DNA of 64,000 bases, taken from positions 1,614,001 through 1,678,000 of the forward strand of contig CM075990.1 in the NCBI GenBank assembly GCA_038087875.1, written 5' to 3'. The stretch comes from Malacoraja senta. Lineage: Eukaryota. Below the pieces are notes generated by a model that saw only the letters and a list, made by a program, of their open reading frames with translations, did no database searches and was not told where the DNA came from. Positions 24,501 through 35,997 of this stretch are shown here, one piece after another. A program made the position numbers and the translations under genes. How positions within the stretch are numbered: the first letter of the stretch is position 1; each line of letters opens with the position of its first letter.

Positions 24501-27322
24501 TGTTTCCATTTTGAAATGTACATACTTAAGAAAGGTATTTAGTGAGGTTAAGTCAATGATGATGCGACATCCACCATCTTTTTTGCTTTTGGTAAATATA
24601 TTTGAGACAAATTCCAAAGGTTCATGTTTGGATTTCTCAATGACACCCTTTGTAAGTAACCTCACCAGTTCTGCTTGAGCCTCTAGTTCTCTTTGACTGA
24701 GAGGATAAAGACCCTTTGGGGTACGTGCTGAACTGGTGGCATGTTTTCTTGAATTAACTCTATTTTGTATCCCCGAATACTGTTAAGTATATAACTATCA
24801 TTCATGAGACACCTCCTGTTAGTACAGTTCCCCCATTTAGAGGCTGGTAGGAACCAGACCCACCTACCTCCATAGTTATGGTAGTGTTCCTTCTTCCGTT
24901 TGTTCATCCGTCGTTACACTGCTGGATGTACTGCTGATGTACTGCTGATTGGGGGTGGCGCATTTTCCATGGGGTCCGCTCTGGGCCCTGGCCTAAAAAG
25001 GCTTTCGGGGATAGTATGCGGACCCCGAGCTTTCACCAGTTGCATAAATTTGACCTTGACTGGTGGACGCGGTGGGGTACTGCCGTCTGTTTTTTTGTGT
25101 GGGTCTGCTCGTTCCGGGGCCTGCCCTCATGAGGCCAAATGCTTTGGACTCTCCTCCAAGTTTTTCACTTGTCCTTCCAAATAACAGGATCTGCAGCTCT
25201 GAGGCCGGTGTTTTACACAGTCCTGCAAACCTGGGATTGAGGGCAGGTCTTATTCTCTCCTTGCGGAGGTTGTTTATCTCATATTGGGTGTTGCACAGCA
25301 GAGCCAGAGTGTCTTGCTGGTTTGTGGTCATATCCACCCCATCCACGGAACGAGCATAGGCTGTTATCCCTGTCGTCAGGAGCTTGAGGATTTTAGCTCC
25401 TTCCGGATACTCTGTCCCCCCCCCCCCCTCAGATTTGGCTGTTAACAGCCGGTACATTGAGCGAACTGCAGTTTTCCAGCTCTAGTGCCTCATTAAGTAC
25501 CTGTCTTGTAGGGGTTTGAGGGACAGGTGGTTAATGCTGGCCGCCAGTTTTGGCTCCAATGGCCGCCCTGCTCGTGGTGAAACCATGTAGCGAATCTCCA
25601 CACCCAGCAGCTCTTCCTGATCCTGTACCCCAAGCGTACTCCCGACATCTTCAGCCAATGACTCCTGTTCCTGACCAGCCCAGCCCTGGTCGCCAACGCT
25701 GCCCTGCTTTGAGGGGAAAGCGATGGCCAGTGCATTTCTAGAGCACTGCTGTGGGAGTGCCTGATCCCCCTGGCGAGACTGCTCTAGCTCCCGAAGCAAG
25801 TCTCGCTGGAGCAGTTGCTCCATGAGCCTTTCCATTCGGCTCAGGCAGCTAGTTCTGCCGCTCTAAGGCGGAGCTGCGCTGTAATGCAACGCAAAGGGAT
25901 CTAGGGGTAGTAGTACATGAATCACTAAAAGTTAGTATGCAGGTGCAGCAAGCTATCAGGAAGGCCAATTGAGTTTTGGCCTTTATTGCTAGGGGGATTG
26001 AGTATAAAAACACGGAGGTCTTGCTACAGCTGTACACAGTATTAGTGAGAACACATTTGGAATACTGTGTACAGTTCTGGGGTCCATACTTAAGAAAGGA
26101 TGTACTGGCCCTCGAGGCAGTGCAGCGAAGGTTTACAAGATTAATTCCTGCAATGAGGGGATTGACATATGAGGAAAGGTTAAGTAGGCTGGAACTCTAC
26201 TCTTTGGAGTTTAGAAGAATGAGAGGCGATCTCATTGAAACATATAAGATCGTGAGGGGCCTTGATCGGGTGGATGCACCGAGGATGTTCCCAATGATCG
26301 GGGAAACTAGAACTAGGGGACATAGTTGCAGAATAAGGGGGGGCTCTTTTAAAACTGAGATGAGGAAGAACTTCTTCACCCAGAGGGTGGTTAATTTATG
26401 GAATTCACTGCCCCAGGGAGCAGTGGAAGCAGAAACATTAAATATATTTAAGTCTAAAATAGATGGTTTTTAGCTGCCAAGGGGATAAGGGGCTACGGGG
26501 AGAGGGCAGGGATATGGACCTAGGTAGGGTTAGTATAGTAAGACCTGAGTGATCTCCTGGACAAGTGTCGATCGCCTGGATTGGGGTCGGAGAGGAATTT
26601 CCCGGATTTTTTCCCCGAATTGGACCTGGGTTTTTATCCGTTTTTTTGCCTCCCCCAGGAGATCACGCGGTTCTTGGGGTGGAGAGGAGTGATAGCGGTA
26701 TAAAGGGGAGGGTAGTGTCTTGTGTTCTGTGTCTTGTGTCTACTGTTTGTGGGTAGGGGTGTTTGTTTGGTGTTCAGCCATGAGCGAATGGCGGTGCGGG
26801 CTCGATGGACCTGGTGGTCTGCTCTCGCACCTACTTTCTATGTTTCTATGTTTCTATGTTGACCCTCCTCATCGGAGTCAGACATAACCGGCCGGTTTTT
26901 TGTTGTTGTTTTTTTTAAAACTTTTCCTCCAGCCCGCTGCCGCTCATCAGGCTGCGCTAGCGGTACTGTGCTCGGCTCGGTCTCGATGAGGGTGGACCGC
27001 AGCATATGCGGTCCAGGTGCCGCCTCTCGCCCCCCACTGATGGAACACTCCCGTTCTGTTGGAGTCGAACGGGGGGGCGGTTTTCTTCCTTTACCGTGCT
27101 GCTCATTTTCCCAGTTCCCCTGGAATACAGAGCAGAGCACAGTTTGCTGATTACGACCACAGAGTAAGACTTACCTGATGGTCCGCTGTTTATTTTCCAC
27201 CGACGTGTAGCGGGAGCGCCTGTACTCCCGGTCGTCGCTGTTGCACTGCGTGAACGCTAATGTCACGCATGCGTGCTGGACGGGCTCTTCACGTAGTCAC
27301 TCTCGTGACTCCGAAGTAAAAT
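21584..27322 (-). mobile_element. DIRS-1: DIRS1-group tyrosine-recombinase retrotransposon, degraded
   Basis: ITR pair 21658-21691/27261-27294; ICR 21806-21918 complementary to both termini; RT (SIDLKDAYYSVP), RNase H (TDASAQGWG), MTase-like (DLFAS...AFPPF), YR (22412-22924, HSTRAA); AAT core at both ends. Confidence 0.93.
25880..26858 (+). mobile_element. 5'-truncated CR1 LINE inserted in the DIRS-1 gag region
   Basis: ORF 25976-26473 (LYTVLVRTHLEYCVQFW...FFTQRVVNLWNSLP) and (TTTCTATG)n tail; 5' boundary approximate. Confidence 0.9.
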
Positions 27323-28597
27323 CGCTTTCATGCGTTCGCAAACGGCCTTATTTGTTTCAGTCACTATCTCCCATTCACCACTAATCTCCATTATGTTGTT
27401 TGCTGTGAAAAACATGTTTGTCTCTCCATATGGCTGAATGGCTCTCTACTCTTGTCAAAAGTGGCAAGGTTTCCGATGTAGCCCGTGTGCGCTGCCATCG
27501 TGCCGTTCTCTTTTTTTTTATAAAAGTCCGTTCAAAAACCCCGATTTCCTGTCTGTTCTGGTGTAACAATTCACCTAAAACGTAGCTGTAAGTTTAGCTA
27601 ATTTAATTTAATTTAGCTATTTAACTAAGCTTAGCTATTCAGCTTGAGGAACTCGACCAAAAAAAACTTATACAATCCCAAGGACGGCACATTGCCACGT
27701 AGACACAACATAGAGATAGCCTGCCAACATAGACACAACATAGAGATAGCCTGACAAACTCTCGACGATTTGTCCAGTTGCTGATTTAAACTACAGTCCC
27801 CTGCATAGAAGGCTCTGCGGCCTATCGTGTACAGCACACAAACAACTGCGACACAACTCCGTATTTACTGTTTAAAATATTAAACAATACTACATGTTGC
27901 AAAACAGTCCTGCACTGTATTTAAAGGATGGGTTCACAAACTCTATCCCATTCTCGTTGCCTATATATTGTTATATTCCGGACGGCAGAATGAATAACAA
28001 CTGACACGCTGGTTGCCTGGATCAAAGATCATAGAGCGGAGCAAGATGGTTCACTCCGCGAAAAAGCCGTAGTAGGTGATGTGTAATCTTCAGCGCCATT
28101 TCCGTAACCGGCTTCCGTCATGGCGTCAAGCTAATTCAGGGAGATTCTGCTATATCAGGCTGAGAGATTAAAGGATAGACACAAAATGCAGCGGGTTGGG
28201 CGGAATTTCTGGACAAAAGGAATAGTTAACATTTCGGGTCGAGACCCGTCTTCAGACAGAGTCAGGGGAAAGAGGAACTCAAACCATCCTCCCCTCTCCC
28301 CTTCCCTCCGACACGGACACGGAGCGATCGCCAGCCCCCCGTTTTTTTTGTTAAACATCTATTTACTTCCAGTGGTTTTTTTCCCCCTTACCATTTCCGT
28401 ACTTTTTAAATAGGTGCCATGACCCGTTTGATGTCATACTTCGCCCTGCTCCTGGTCTCGGCCCGCACAGATCTGCCGGACATGCTGTGAGTGTGTGTGT
28501 TTGTTTGTTTGACGGAGTCTGAGGGAAGAAGCGCCGGCAACAAGAGCAAGCGAAACCGTGGAGAGACGAACGAAAGCAAAGATCATAGAGCGGAATC

Positions 28598-28632
28598 GGT
28601 GACATTTCGGGTCGAGACCCTTCTTCAGACTG
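28598..28632 (-). ncRNA. Penelope-type minimal hammerhead ribozyme motif
   Basis: Minus strand CTGAAGA-A-GGGTCTCGACCC-GAAA-TG-TC. Confidence 0.65.
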
Positions 28633-28726
28633 AGTCAGGGGGAAGAGGAACAAGAGATATAGACGGTACTAAGGACAAATGAATGGAAGACATGCCTATA
28701 TCTCCCGTTTCCCTTTCCCTTGACTG

Positions 28727-28763
28727 TCAGTCTGAAGAAGGGTCTCGACCCGAAATGTCACCT
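28727..28763 (+). ncRNA. Penelope-type minimal hammerhead ribozyme motif
   Basis: CTGAAGA-A-GGGTCTCGACCC-GAAA-TG-TC. Confidence 0.65.
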
Positions 28764-29377
28764 ATGCCGCTCTATGATCTTTGCTTTCATCGTCTGTCCG
28801 CGCGTTCGGTCGCACTTGATGCGGGCGCTTCTCCCCTCAGACTACGCCATACAAACACACACGCACGCACACAGCATGTCCGGCAGATCGGTAGGGGCCG
28901 TGACCAGGAGCAGGGCGAAGGATGACATCAAACGCGTCATGGCAGCATTCGAAAAAGTCGACCCGAAATATCACCTAGTCCTTTTCTTCAGAGATGCTGC
29001 CTGATAAAAACTATTTAAATTATTTAAAAACACATAAAACTGTTCCCGCGAAACGCTCATTACACTGCGAAAGGCATAACTGAAGTCGGTTCTGGTTTAC
29101 TGAAATGTGAAGTTACGCTCCGGTGCGTACTACACGTCAGTCCATCGGATTTCGCAGGAGTGGACCATCTTGTTCCACTCTAAGATCTTTGGCCTGGATC
29201 ACGAGAGGGACATTTATTACACAACATTCCCTGCTTATATTGAAGACCAACTCATTTACATATACATGAATATGTATGAATACATTACACCTAGGGACTG
29301 CTCCCTCCACAATTCACTCATCTCCTCCCAGCCACATCAGGTAGATGGGAGGAACCGGATGGGCCTTACCTTCAACC

Positions 29378-29896
29378 GACTTGGGCGCTACATCCAGTCC
29401 CGGGGCAGACGACCTGACCTGAGCGCTACAGGCAGTCCCGGGGGAACGCAGGCGACCTGGGCGCTAAAGCCAGACCTGGGGCAAGCGAGCTGACCTGGGC
29501 GCTTCAGCCAGACCGGCCAGCCGACCTGGGCGCTACAGCCAGTCCCGGGGAAGGCTAGCCAACCTGGGCGCTGCAGCTCCTTTGGCCCACCGTGTCCGCG
29601 CCGACCAACAATCACGCTGTACACTAGCACCATCGGACACACTAGGGTCAATTTACAATTTACCGAACCACTTAACCTACAAACCTGCACGCCTGTGGAG
29701 TATGTGGCATGCGAGCCGACCTGTGCGCAACAGCCATTCCCGGGGCAGACGGGCTGACGTGGGCGCTACAGCTAGTCCCGGGGCATTCAGGCGACCTATA
29801 CGCTACAGCCAGACCTGAGGCAAGCGAGCCGATTGGGCACTACAGCCAGAGCTGGGGTAAGCGAGCCGATCTGAGACTGGCTGTAGCGCCCAGGTC
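29378..29896. repeat. Degenerate ~38-bp GC-rich tandem array interrupted by a SINE fragment (~29615-29708)
   Basis: About 10 units of GACCTGGGCGCTACAGCCAGTCCCGGGGCAAGCGAGCC; last unit inverted. Confidence 0.85.
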
Positions 29897-30064
29897 ACAA
29901 AACATGGGAGGATTGTCCCCCACCTCCCAAAACAGGTATCCGTCGCCCCCTCCCCCGTCCCCCCCAGGATTAACTGGAAGATGTGTTTTCTTTATCGTGA
30001 AATAAAACGACAATGGCTGTGAGCGCTCAACACCGTGACAGCTCTGTGGTTAGTGTTTCAAGTT

Positions 30065-30180
30065 TTCAGCAGACCATCCAGGTGAGACAAAGGTACACAT
30101 GTACCTCCTCGAACCACATTAACTGCATCCGCTGCTCCCGATGTGGGCTCCTTTACATTGGTGAGACCAAACGTAGACTC
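30065..30180 (+). mobile_element. Penelope GIY-YIG endonuclease fragment
   Basis: QVRQRYTCTSSNHINCIRCSRCGLLYIGETKRRL. Confidence 0.85.
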
Positions 30181-30530
30181 ATAGAAAAACATGGCAACAT
30201 AGAAAAATAGGTGCAGGAGCAGGGCATTCGGCCCTTCGAGCCAATACCGTCATTATCTCTGATCATGACTGATCATCTAAAATCAGCATCCCACTCCTGC
30301 TTTTTCCCCGTATCCCTTGATTCTTTTAGCCCTAAGCTAAATCTGACTTTCTCTTGAAAATCCAGTGAATAGGCCTCCACTGCCTTCTGTGGAAGAGAAT
30401 TCCACAAATTCACAACTCTCTGGGTGAAGAAGTTTTCCCTCATCTCAGTCCTAAATGGCCTACCCCTTATTCTTAAACTGTGACCCCAGGTTCCAGACTT
30501 CCCCAACATTGGATACATTTTTCCTACATC
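30180..30530 (-). mobile_element. CR1 LINE 3' end
   Basis: GHSLRIRGRPFRTEMRENFFTQRVVNLWNSLP plus 3' UTR/tail. Confidence 0.85.
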
Positions 30531-30573
30531 AACTAGAGAAATTAATCAATTGTGAATGAGTTCTACTGCAGGT

Positions 30574-31678
30574 TAGTCATGAAGACCCTTGAAAGGCTTG
30601 TGCTGGCCAAGCTTAAAAATACCACGAACCCCCTACTGGACCCTCTGCAGTTTGCATAGCGGGCCAATAGATCTGTGGTTGGCACAGTCAAACTGGGCCT
30701 GCACTTCATCCTCCAGGACCTAGACCACCAGGAGACCTATGCGATGATTTTGTTTGTTGATTTTAGCTCTACATTCATCACCATTGTGCCAGAGCTACTG
30801 CACTCCAAACTTTCCGAGTTTACTGTGCCTGAACCCCTCTGTCGGTTGATCACCAGCTTCCTGACAGACAGGAAGCAGCATGTGAGGCTGGGAAGGCACA
30901 TCTCGGAACCGCAAACTCTCAGCTTAGGAGCATCACAAGGCTGTGTACTCTCCCCTCTCCTCTACTCTCCTCTACTCTCTCTATACCAATGACTGCACCT
31001 CCACACGCTCCTCTCCCAAGCTTCTCAAGTTTGCGGACGAGACAACCCTGATTGGACTGATCCAGGAAGGGGCGCAATCTGCCTACAGACAGGAAGAGTC
31101 ACAGCTGGCGACCTGGTGCCATCGCAACAACCTGCAGCTCAATGGTCTTAAGACAGTGGAATTGATTGTAGACTTTAGGAGAGCACCCCCTCCCCTCACC
31201 CCACTCACCATCATCAACACCACAGTCACATCTGTGGAGTCTTTTAAGTTCCTGGGAACCATCGTATCCAAGGACCTTAAGTGGGGGTCTACCATCGAAT
31301 CCACAGTCAAAAAGGCACAACAGAGGATGTACTTCCTACGCCTGCTGAGGAAGCGCAATCTTCCACAGGCAATGATGGTCCAATTCTATACGGCCATCGT
31401 AGAGTCAGTCCTCACCTTCTCCATCATGGTCTGGTTTGGCTCAGCCACCAAGCACGACACCCGGAGGCTGCAGCGAATCGTCCGATCAGCAGAGAAAATT
31501 ATTGGCGGCAACCTTCCCTCCATTGACGAACTGTACACTGCAAGGGCCAGGAAGCGAGCGGGTAAGATCACCTCTGACCCCTCTCACACTGGCCACAAAC
31601 TTTTTGAATCACTTCGCTCTGGAAGGCGACTCCGGACTGTCAAAGCTGCCACAGCCAGACATAAAAACAGGTTTTTTA
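30574..31678 (+). mobile_element. Rex1/Babar-type LINE RT fragment
   Basis: ORFs 30675-30992 and 30943-31704 (SQGCVLSP, KFADETT, FKFLG, AQQRMYFLR). Confidence 0.9.
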
Positions 31679-31679
31679 A

Positions 31680-32153
31680 ACTCCGCTCCTCCATTTCGCT
31701 GTAATTCTGCTGCTCAACGCTCTGACAGTCCGGCACATTTTAGTGGCCAGTCGGGTCCATAAGGGGTTGAAGGGTGAGAGCAAGGGGGAGAACCGCAGTG
31801 ACCCGGAGATGGAGAGCAGGAGGAGGTCTGTGATTTTACTCCACCATCTCGGCAGCTTCATCTTCCTGTGGCTAGCGAATGTTGCAAACTTCATCTATTA
31901 TCAGAGCACAGGAGATGGAAGTGAACAGAATGATTCTGAATGGTTCTTTCAGGACATCGGGTATTTGCTGAGCAATCTCAGCTGCTGCACGAACACATTT
32001 ATTTACGCGGCGACCCAGTCCAAGTTCAGGGAGCAGGGGAAGAGCGCGGTGAAATATCCGCTCACCTCAGTGTTTCGGCTCATTAATAAATTCGCGGCCC
32101 GAGCGCATCCCAGAGGCGCCCGCAGTCTCTCTGCTCCGGGCTCCGGCTCCTGA
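31680..32153 (+). pseudogene. 3' half (TM5-TM7 plus C-tail) of a GPR139/GPR142-like class A GPCR
   Basis: TPLLHFAVILLLNALTVRHILVASRV...DPEMESRRRSVILL...GSFIFLW...LSCCTNTFIYAATQSKFREQ; 5' part replaced by Rex1. Confidence 0.8.
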
Positions 32154-33082
32154 CATTCACCACTGGATCTTCCAGGTATCAGTCCCGGGCTGATGGTCCC
32201 ATCGATGACTCCGCTTTGGGGCATTCACCCGTCACAGCGAGATCTGTCACGTTTTTCCCAATTGTGTCCGCCTCCCTCAGGGACCGGTCTTGGGTAAACT
32301 CCACCCTGGGACCAATCGGCCCATCTCCCTCCGCAGTGGGGACCGATCTGTGGTAAACTCCACCTTGGAACCAATCGTTCCGTCTCTACCCACGGTTCAG
32401 ACATGCCTCTTGAACGTGATCCGTCTCGAATAACCATCCCCAGAATAAAAGCCGAATCTCCCACGTGACTGGTCCGTCTGGTGTGCACTTCCCCAAGGGA
32501 CAACTGTCTTATCTTATCAGAGTCATAGAGTCACACGGCACGGAAACAGGCCCTTCGGCTAAACGCGAACACTACAAGCAACTTGCCCCATCTACACTAG
32601 TCCCACCTGTATGCGTTTGGCCATCTCCCTCTAAACATGTCCTATCCATGTACCTGACTCAATGTTACTTAAGCGGTGGAATAGTACCTGCCTCAACCAC
32701 CTCCTCCGGCAGCTCGTTCCACACACCCAACACCCTTGCTTTAAAATAGTTACCCTTTATCTTCTTATTAAGTCTTTCCCCCTTCACAATTTGATTGCCC
32801 TATTCAAGGGACTCTGTGCGTCTACTCGACCTATTGCTCGCATGATGATAGACACCTCTATAAGATCACACCTCACCCTGCTGCGCACCAACGAATAGAG
32901 TTCCAGGGCTCTCAACCTCTTCCTATATCTCAGGTCTTCGTATCCTCGTAAATCTTCTCTACACCCTTTCAATCTTTGCTGTAATATGATGCGCACAGAT
33001 GAACACAATACTCTAAATGTGGCCTCACCAGCGTATTATATATCTGCAACACGATGTCCAAGCAACTGAAGAAGGCATGCGA

Positions 33083-33358
33083 CATTACCTTCAAAGAAAT
33101 ATGCATCTGCACTCCTTGATCCCTCTGTTCCACAATACTCCCTGTTTACCTGTAACGACTTCAGTGAACAGTGTACCTGCGCAAATAGATCCCTCTGCTC
33201 CGCAACCCTCTTTGTCGTCATGAGCCGCCACTTTCAGGGAAATATGTACCTACACTTCTAATTCCCTCTGTACCACAACACTCCCTCTCCACCTTTGGCG
33301 CTACTTTCGGGAAATTGTGTACCTGCGCTCCTAGATCCGTCTGCTCCACAACGCCCCC
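33083..33358. repeat. Four ~70-bp tandem units derived from a CR1 ORF2 segment
   Basis: Repeated CACTTTCAGGGAAATATGTACCTGCACTCCTAGATCCCTCTGTTCCACAAC-like units adjoining a minus-strand CR1 (32520-33075). Confidence 0.7.
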
Positions 33359-33684
33359 CTCCCCCCCGTGCCCAGAATAATTGTCCAATCTCCCACTAGA
33401 GACGTGTCCGTCTGGTGTGCACTTCCTCCAGGGACCACTGCTTCATCTCCTTCCTCAGGGTGGTCCGCCCCTTGTAATTCCCCCCAGGTGTCATTTAGTT
33501 CAGACACTACGATCGACCTGACCCACCCGACACCAACAATTCAGCAGCTCCTTTCACCTGTTTTTTTTTCCAAAGATAGACATTACATACCCCTCCCCTC
33601 TCCCTTACCGCCATTCCTACCCCATCCCACAGGATGTTAGTGGTTCTGCTGGGTCTGTTCAATAAATAGGTGGCTGGAGGATTC

Positions 33685-33778
33685 TGAGCTTGTGATTCTC
33701 TGGTAGAAGTAGATGTAGCTCAAGTCTCGCGGCAGTTTCTCCAAGGCACAGACTCTCTGGTCATTGTAGATCACCCAC
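33685..33778 (-). pseudogene. USP5: Orphan terminal exon of USP5-like (isopeptidase T)
   Basis: WVIYNDQRVCALEKLPRDLSYIYFYQRITS vs USP5 C-terminus [30 protein letters not shown]; preceded by polypyrimidine tract and AG. Confidence 0.8.
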
Positions 33779-33789
33779 CTGTCGGCGCG

Positions 33790-35165
33790 AGAGGAGGAGT
33801 GAGAGGAGGAAGGGGAGATGGAGTGGAGTGATGGGGAGAGGGGGAGTATGGGAGATAGAAGAGGAGCGGATAGAGGGAGGGTGAGGGGGCGTGGAGAGGG
33901 GTAGGTGGGAGTGGGGAGAAAGAGGGGCCGGAATGTGGGAAAAGAGAGATGGAGTAGGTAAGAGAGGGGGAGCAGAAGCGGGATGGGGTGGAGGGGAGAA
34001 GTTAGTGATGGGGCGAGGGGAGAGGCATAGTGAACGGAGGGAATGGTAGAGAGGAGAGGTTGGGATGTGGAGAGAGGGAGAGGAGGAATGGAGAGATGAG
34101 AGGGCGACGAGAGAGAAGAGGATGGGATAGAGGGACAGTCGGTGGGTTTAAAAGGAGAGGGAGATAGAGACATTAGAGGGGAGGGAGATGGGGAGGTGGC
34201 TGAGAGAGATAGAGAGGGGAGAAAAGGAGGAGTGTGATGGGTTGAGGGAGATGAGGGCAAATATGGAGTGATGATGTGGGAGAGCAGTATGGAATGGGAA
34301 CGCGGTCGTGTAGAGAGAAGGAGAAGTGTGGGGAGAGAGATGGAGTGTTGGAAGAGGATGGTAGGGAGAGAGGGGGCACGGAGTGTGGGGAGAGAAAGGG
34401 AATGTGGGTTGTAGGGGTGATGAGTGAGCGGTGAGAGAGGGTGGGAGAGAAGTGGAGGAGTGCGGAGAGAGATGGGTAAGAGTGGGGATAGAGAAAGGGG
34501 AGGAGTGTTAGTGAGAGAAAGAGAGACTGGGGAAAGAGATGGGGAGAGAGAGGGAGGTGGGTTAAGAGTGTGAAGAGAAGGAGAGCGAGGAGAGGGGAAG
34601 AGATGCGAAGTTGTGTGGGGAGAGAATGGGAGGTATTTGGGGAAAGGGACAGGTGTGGGGAGAGAGAAGGGAAAGTGTGGCGAGGAAGAGGGCCAGGAGT
34701 GTGATGAGAAAGCGTGTGTGTGGAGAGAGGGATAGGAGTGTGGGGAGAGAGAGGGGGAGTTGGGAAAGAAGAGGAGGAATTTAGGGGGGGGGCGAAGCTA
34801 ATGGGAAGGGATTTAGAAAGAGAATGGGAAGATTGTGGGATAAGATCGAGGGAGGTGAGAGCGGAGAGGGAAGAGAATGGGGAGTGCGATGAGCGAGACG
34901 GGTGGAGTGTGGGGAATAAGAAAGTTAGGAGTGTGGGGGAGATATTGTGAGAGAGGGTGGAGAATGGGGAGAGAGAGTGAAATGTGGAAGTGGAGCGGGG
35001 AGGATAGTGGAAAGAGAGAGGGTGGTGAGAGAAAGGGGATGCGTGGCGAGAGAAAGAAAGAGGTAAGGGGCTGGAGAGGGGAGGAATAGGAAGAGTGAAA
35101 GGAAGTTGGAGGGAGGGAGTAGGAGTATGGTGGGCAGAGGGAGGTGGAAGAGTACAGGGAGGTCA
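33790..35165. repeat. GA-rich low-complexity tract (~1.4 kb)
   Basis: Strong purine bias on the + strand. Confidence 0.9.
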
Positions 35166-35324
35166 TGTGAAGTCATGTAAGACGTTGGTGAAGCAACATT
35201 TAGAGTATTGTGTTCTGTTTTGGAAATATTATGCGTACGAGCCATTAAGCATAAGTCAGTATATTATAGCCATGTCTAACAATTTTAGTTTTTATCTGTC
35301 TGTACTTTTGTAGGTGGGATACAA

Positions 35325-35830
35325 TGATACAATGATACAATTTATTTGTTGTCATTTGAACCTCATTGAGGTTCAAACGAAATTTGGTTTCTGCAGTCAT
35401 ACAAACAAGTAGAAGAACCAAGACACAACACAATTTACACAAACATCCATCACAGCGAATCTCCTCCTCGCTGTGATGGAAGGCAAAGTCTTATCTCTCC
35501 CCTGCACTCCCCATTCTCCTCCCGATGTCAGAGTCAAAGCCCCCGGCGGGCGATGGTAAATAAGTCCCGCGGCCATTAAAGTCGCGCCGGGCGATGCAAG
35601 ATCACGCTCCGCGTCTTGATGTTGCAGCCCCCGGCGGGCGCTAGCAAGTCCCGCGGCCATTAAAGCTGCCCCGGGCTAAGTAAGGCCCCGCTCCAGGTCA
35701 CCCTCAACCCCGCAACTCGGGCGGGAGAAGTCGCCGTTGCGGAAGCCCCGAAAAGCGGTCTCCCACCAGGGACCCGCGGGCTCCCGATGTCACCGTCCAC
35801 CAGACCTGCGCTGGAGCCTCCGAATCTCCG
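35325..35830 (-). mobile_element. LINE 3' UTR/tail fragment
   Basis: (GATACAAT)n tail followed by TTTATTTG and a GC-rich UTR-like segment. Confidence 0.55.
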
Positions 35831-35997
35831 GGGATTTGATACGTAGAACGGGTGTGTCTATTTCTAGAGGAGACTTGTGCATTCTCACAGATTAGGAGTT
35901 AGGTGGGTCTCCGAAGGATAGTGAGAATAGAGTTTTTTTACCACACACGACATGATCACGACACACACGTTAATGAGACGACATACCCGGAGACGTC

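Larger units (their letters stand above)
28023..29191. mobile_element. MITE (P- or hAT-type non-autonomous element) inside the Gypsy-3 5' LTR
   Basis: ~35-bp TIR CAAAGATC(A/T)TAGAG(C/T)GGA(G/A)CAAGATGGT; perfect 8-bp TSD GCCTGGAT (28015-28022, 29192-29199); the other LTR is uninterrupted at this site. Confidence 0.9.
17566..29289 (-). mobile_element. Gypsy-3: old degraded Gypsy hosting DIRS-1 and a MITE
   Basis: LTRs 17566-17704 and 27969-29289 (split by the MITE); TSD CCCAG/CCTAG; PPT complement at 17705; PBS-like 27945-27963 (tRNA-Ser GCT type); fragments IDTAA, TDHKPL, HAEHPG..CSVC. Confidence 0.88.

Noticed and set aside
29378..29896. CRISPR-like repeat/spacer appearance
   Set aside because: Inter-core segments are related to each other rather than unique spacers, the repeats are degenerate, there are no cas genes, and the context is eukaryotic
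33637..35245. Long Pro/Ser/Leu-rich and Gly/Glu/Arg-rich ORFs
   Set aside because: Artefacts of the GA-rich tract; only the short USP5-like segment is meaningful
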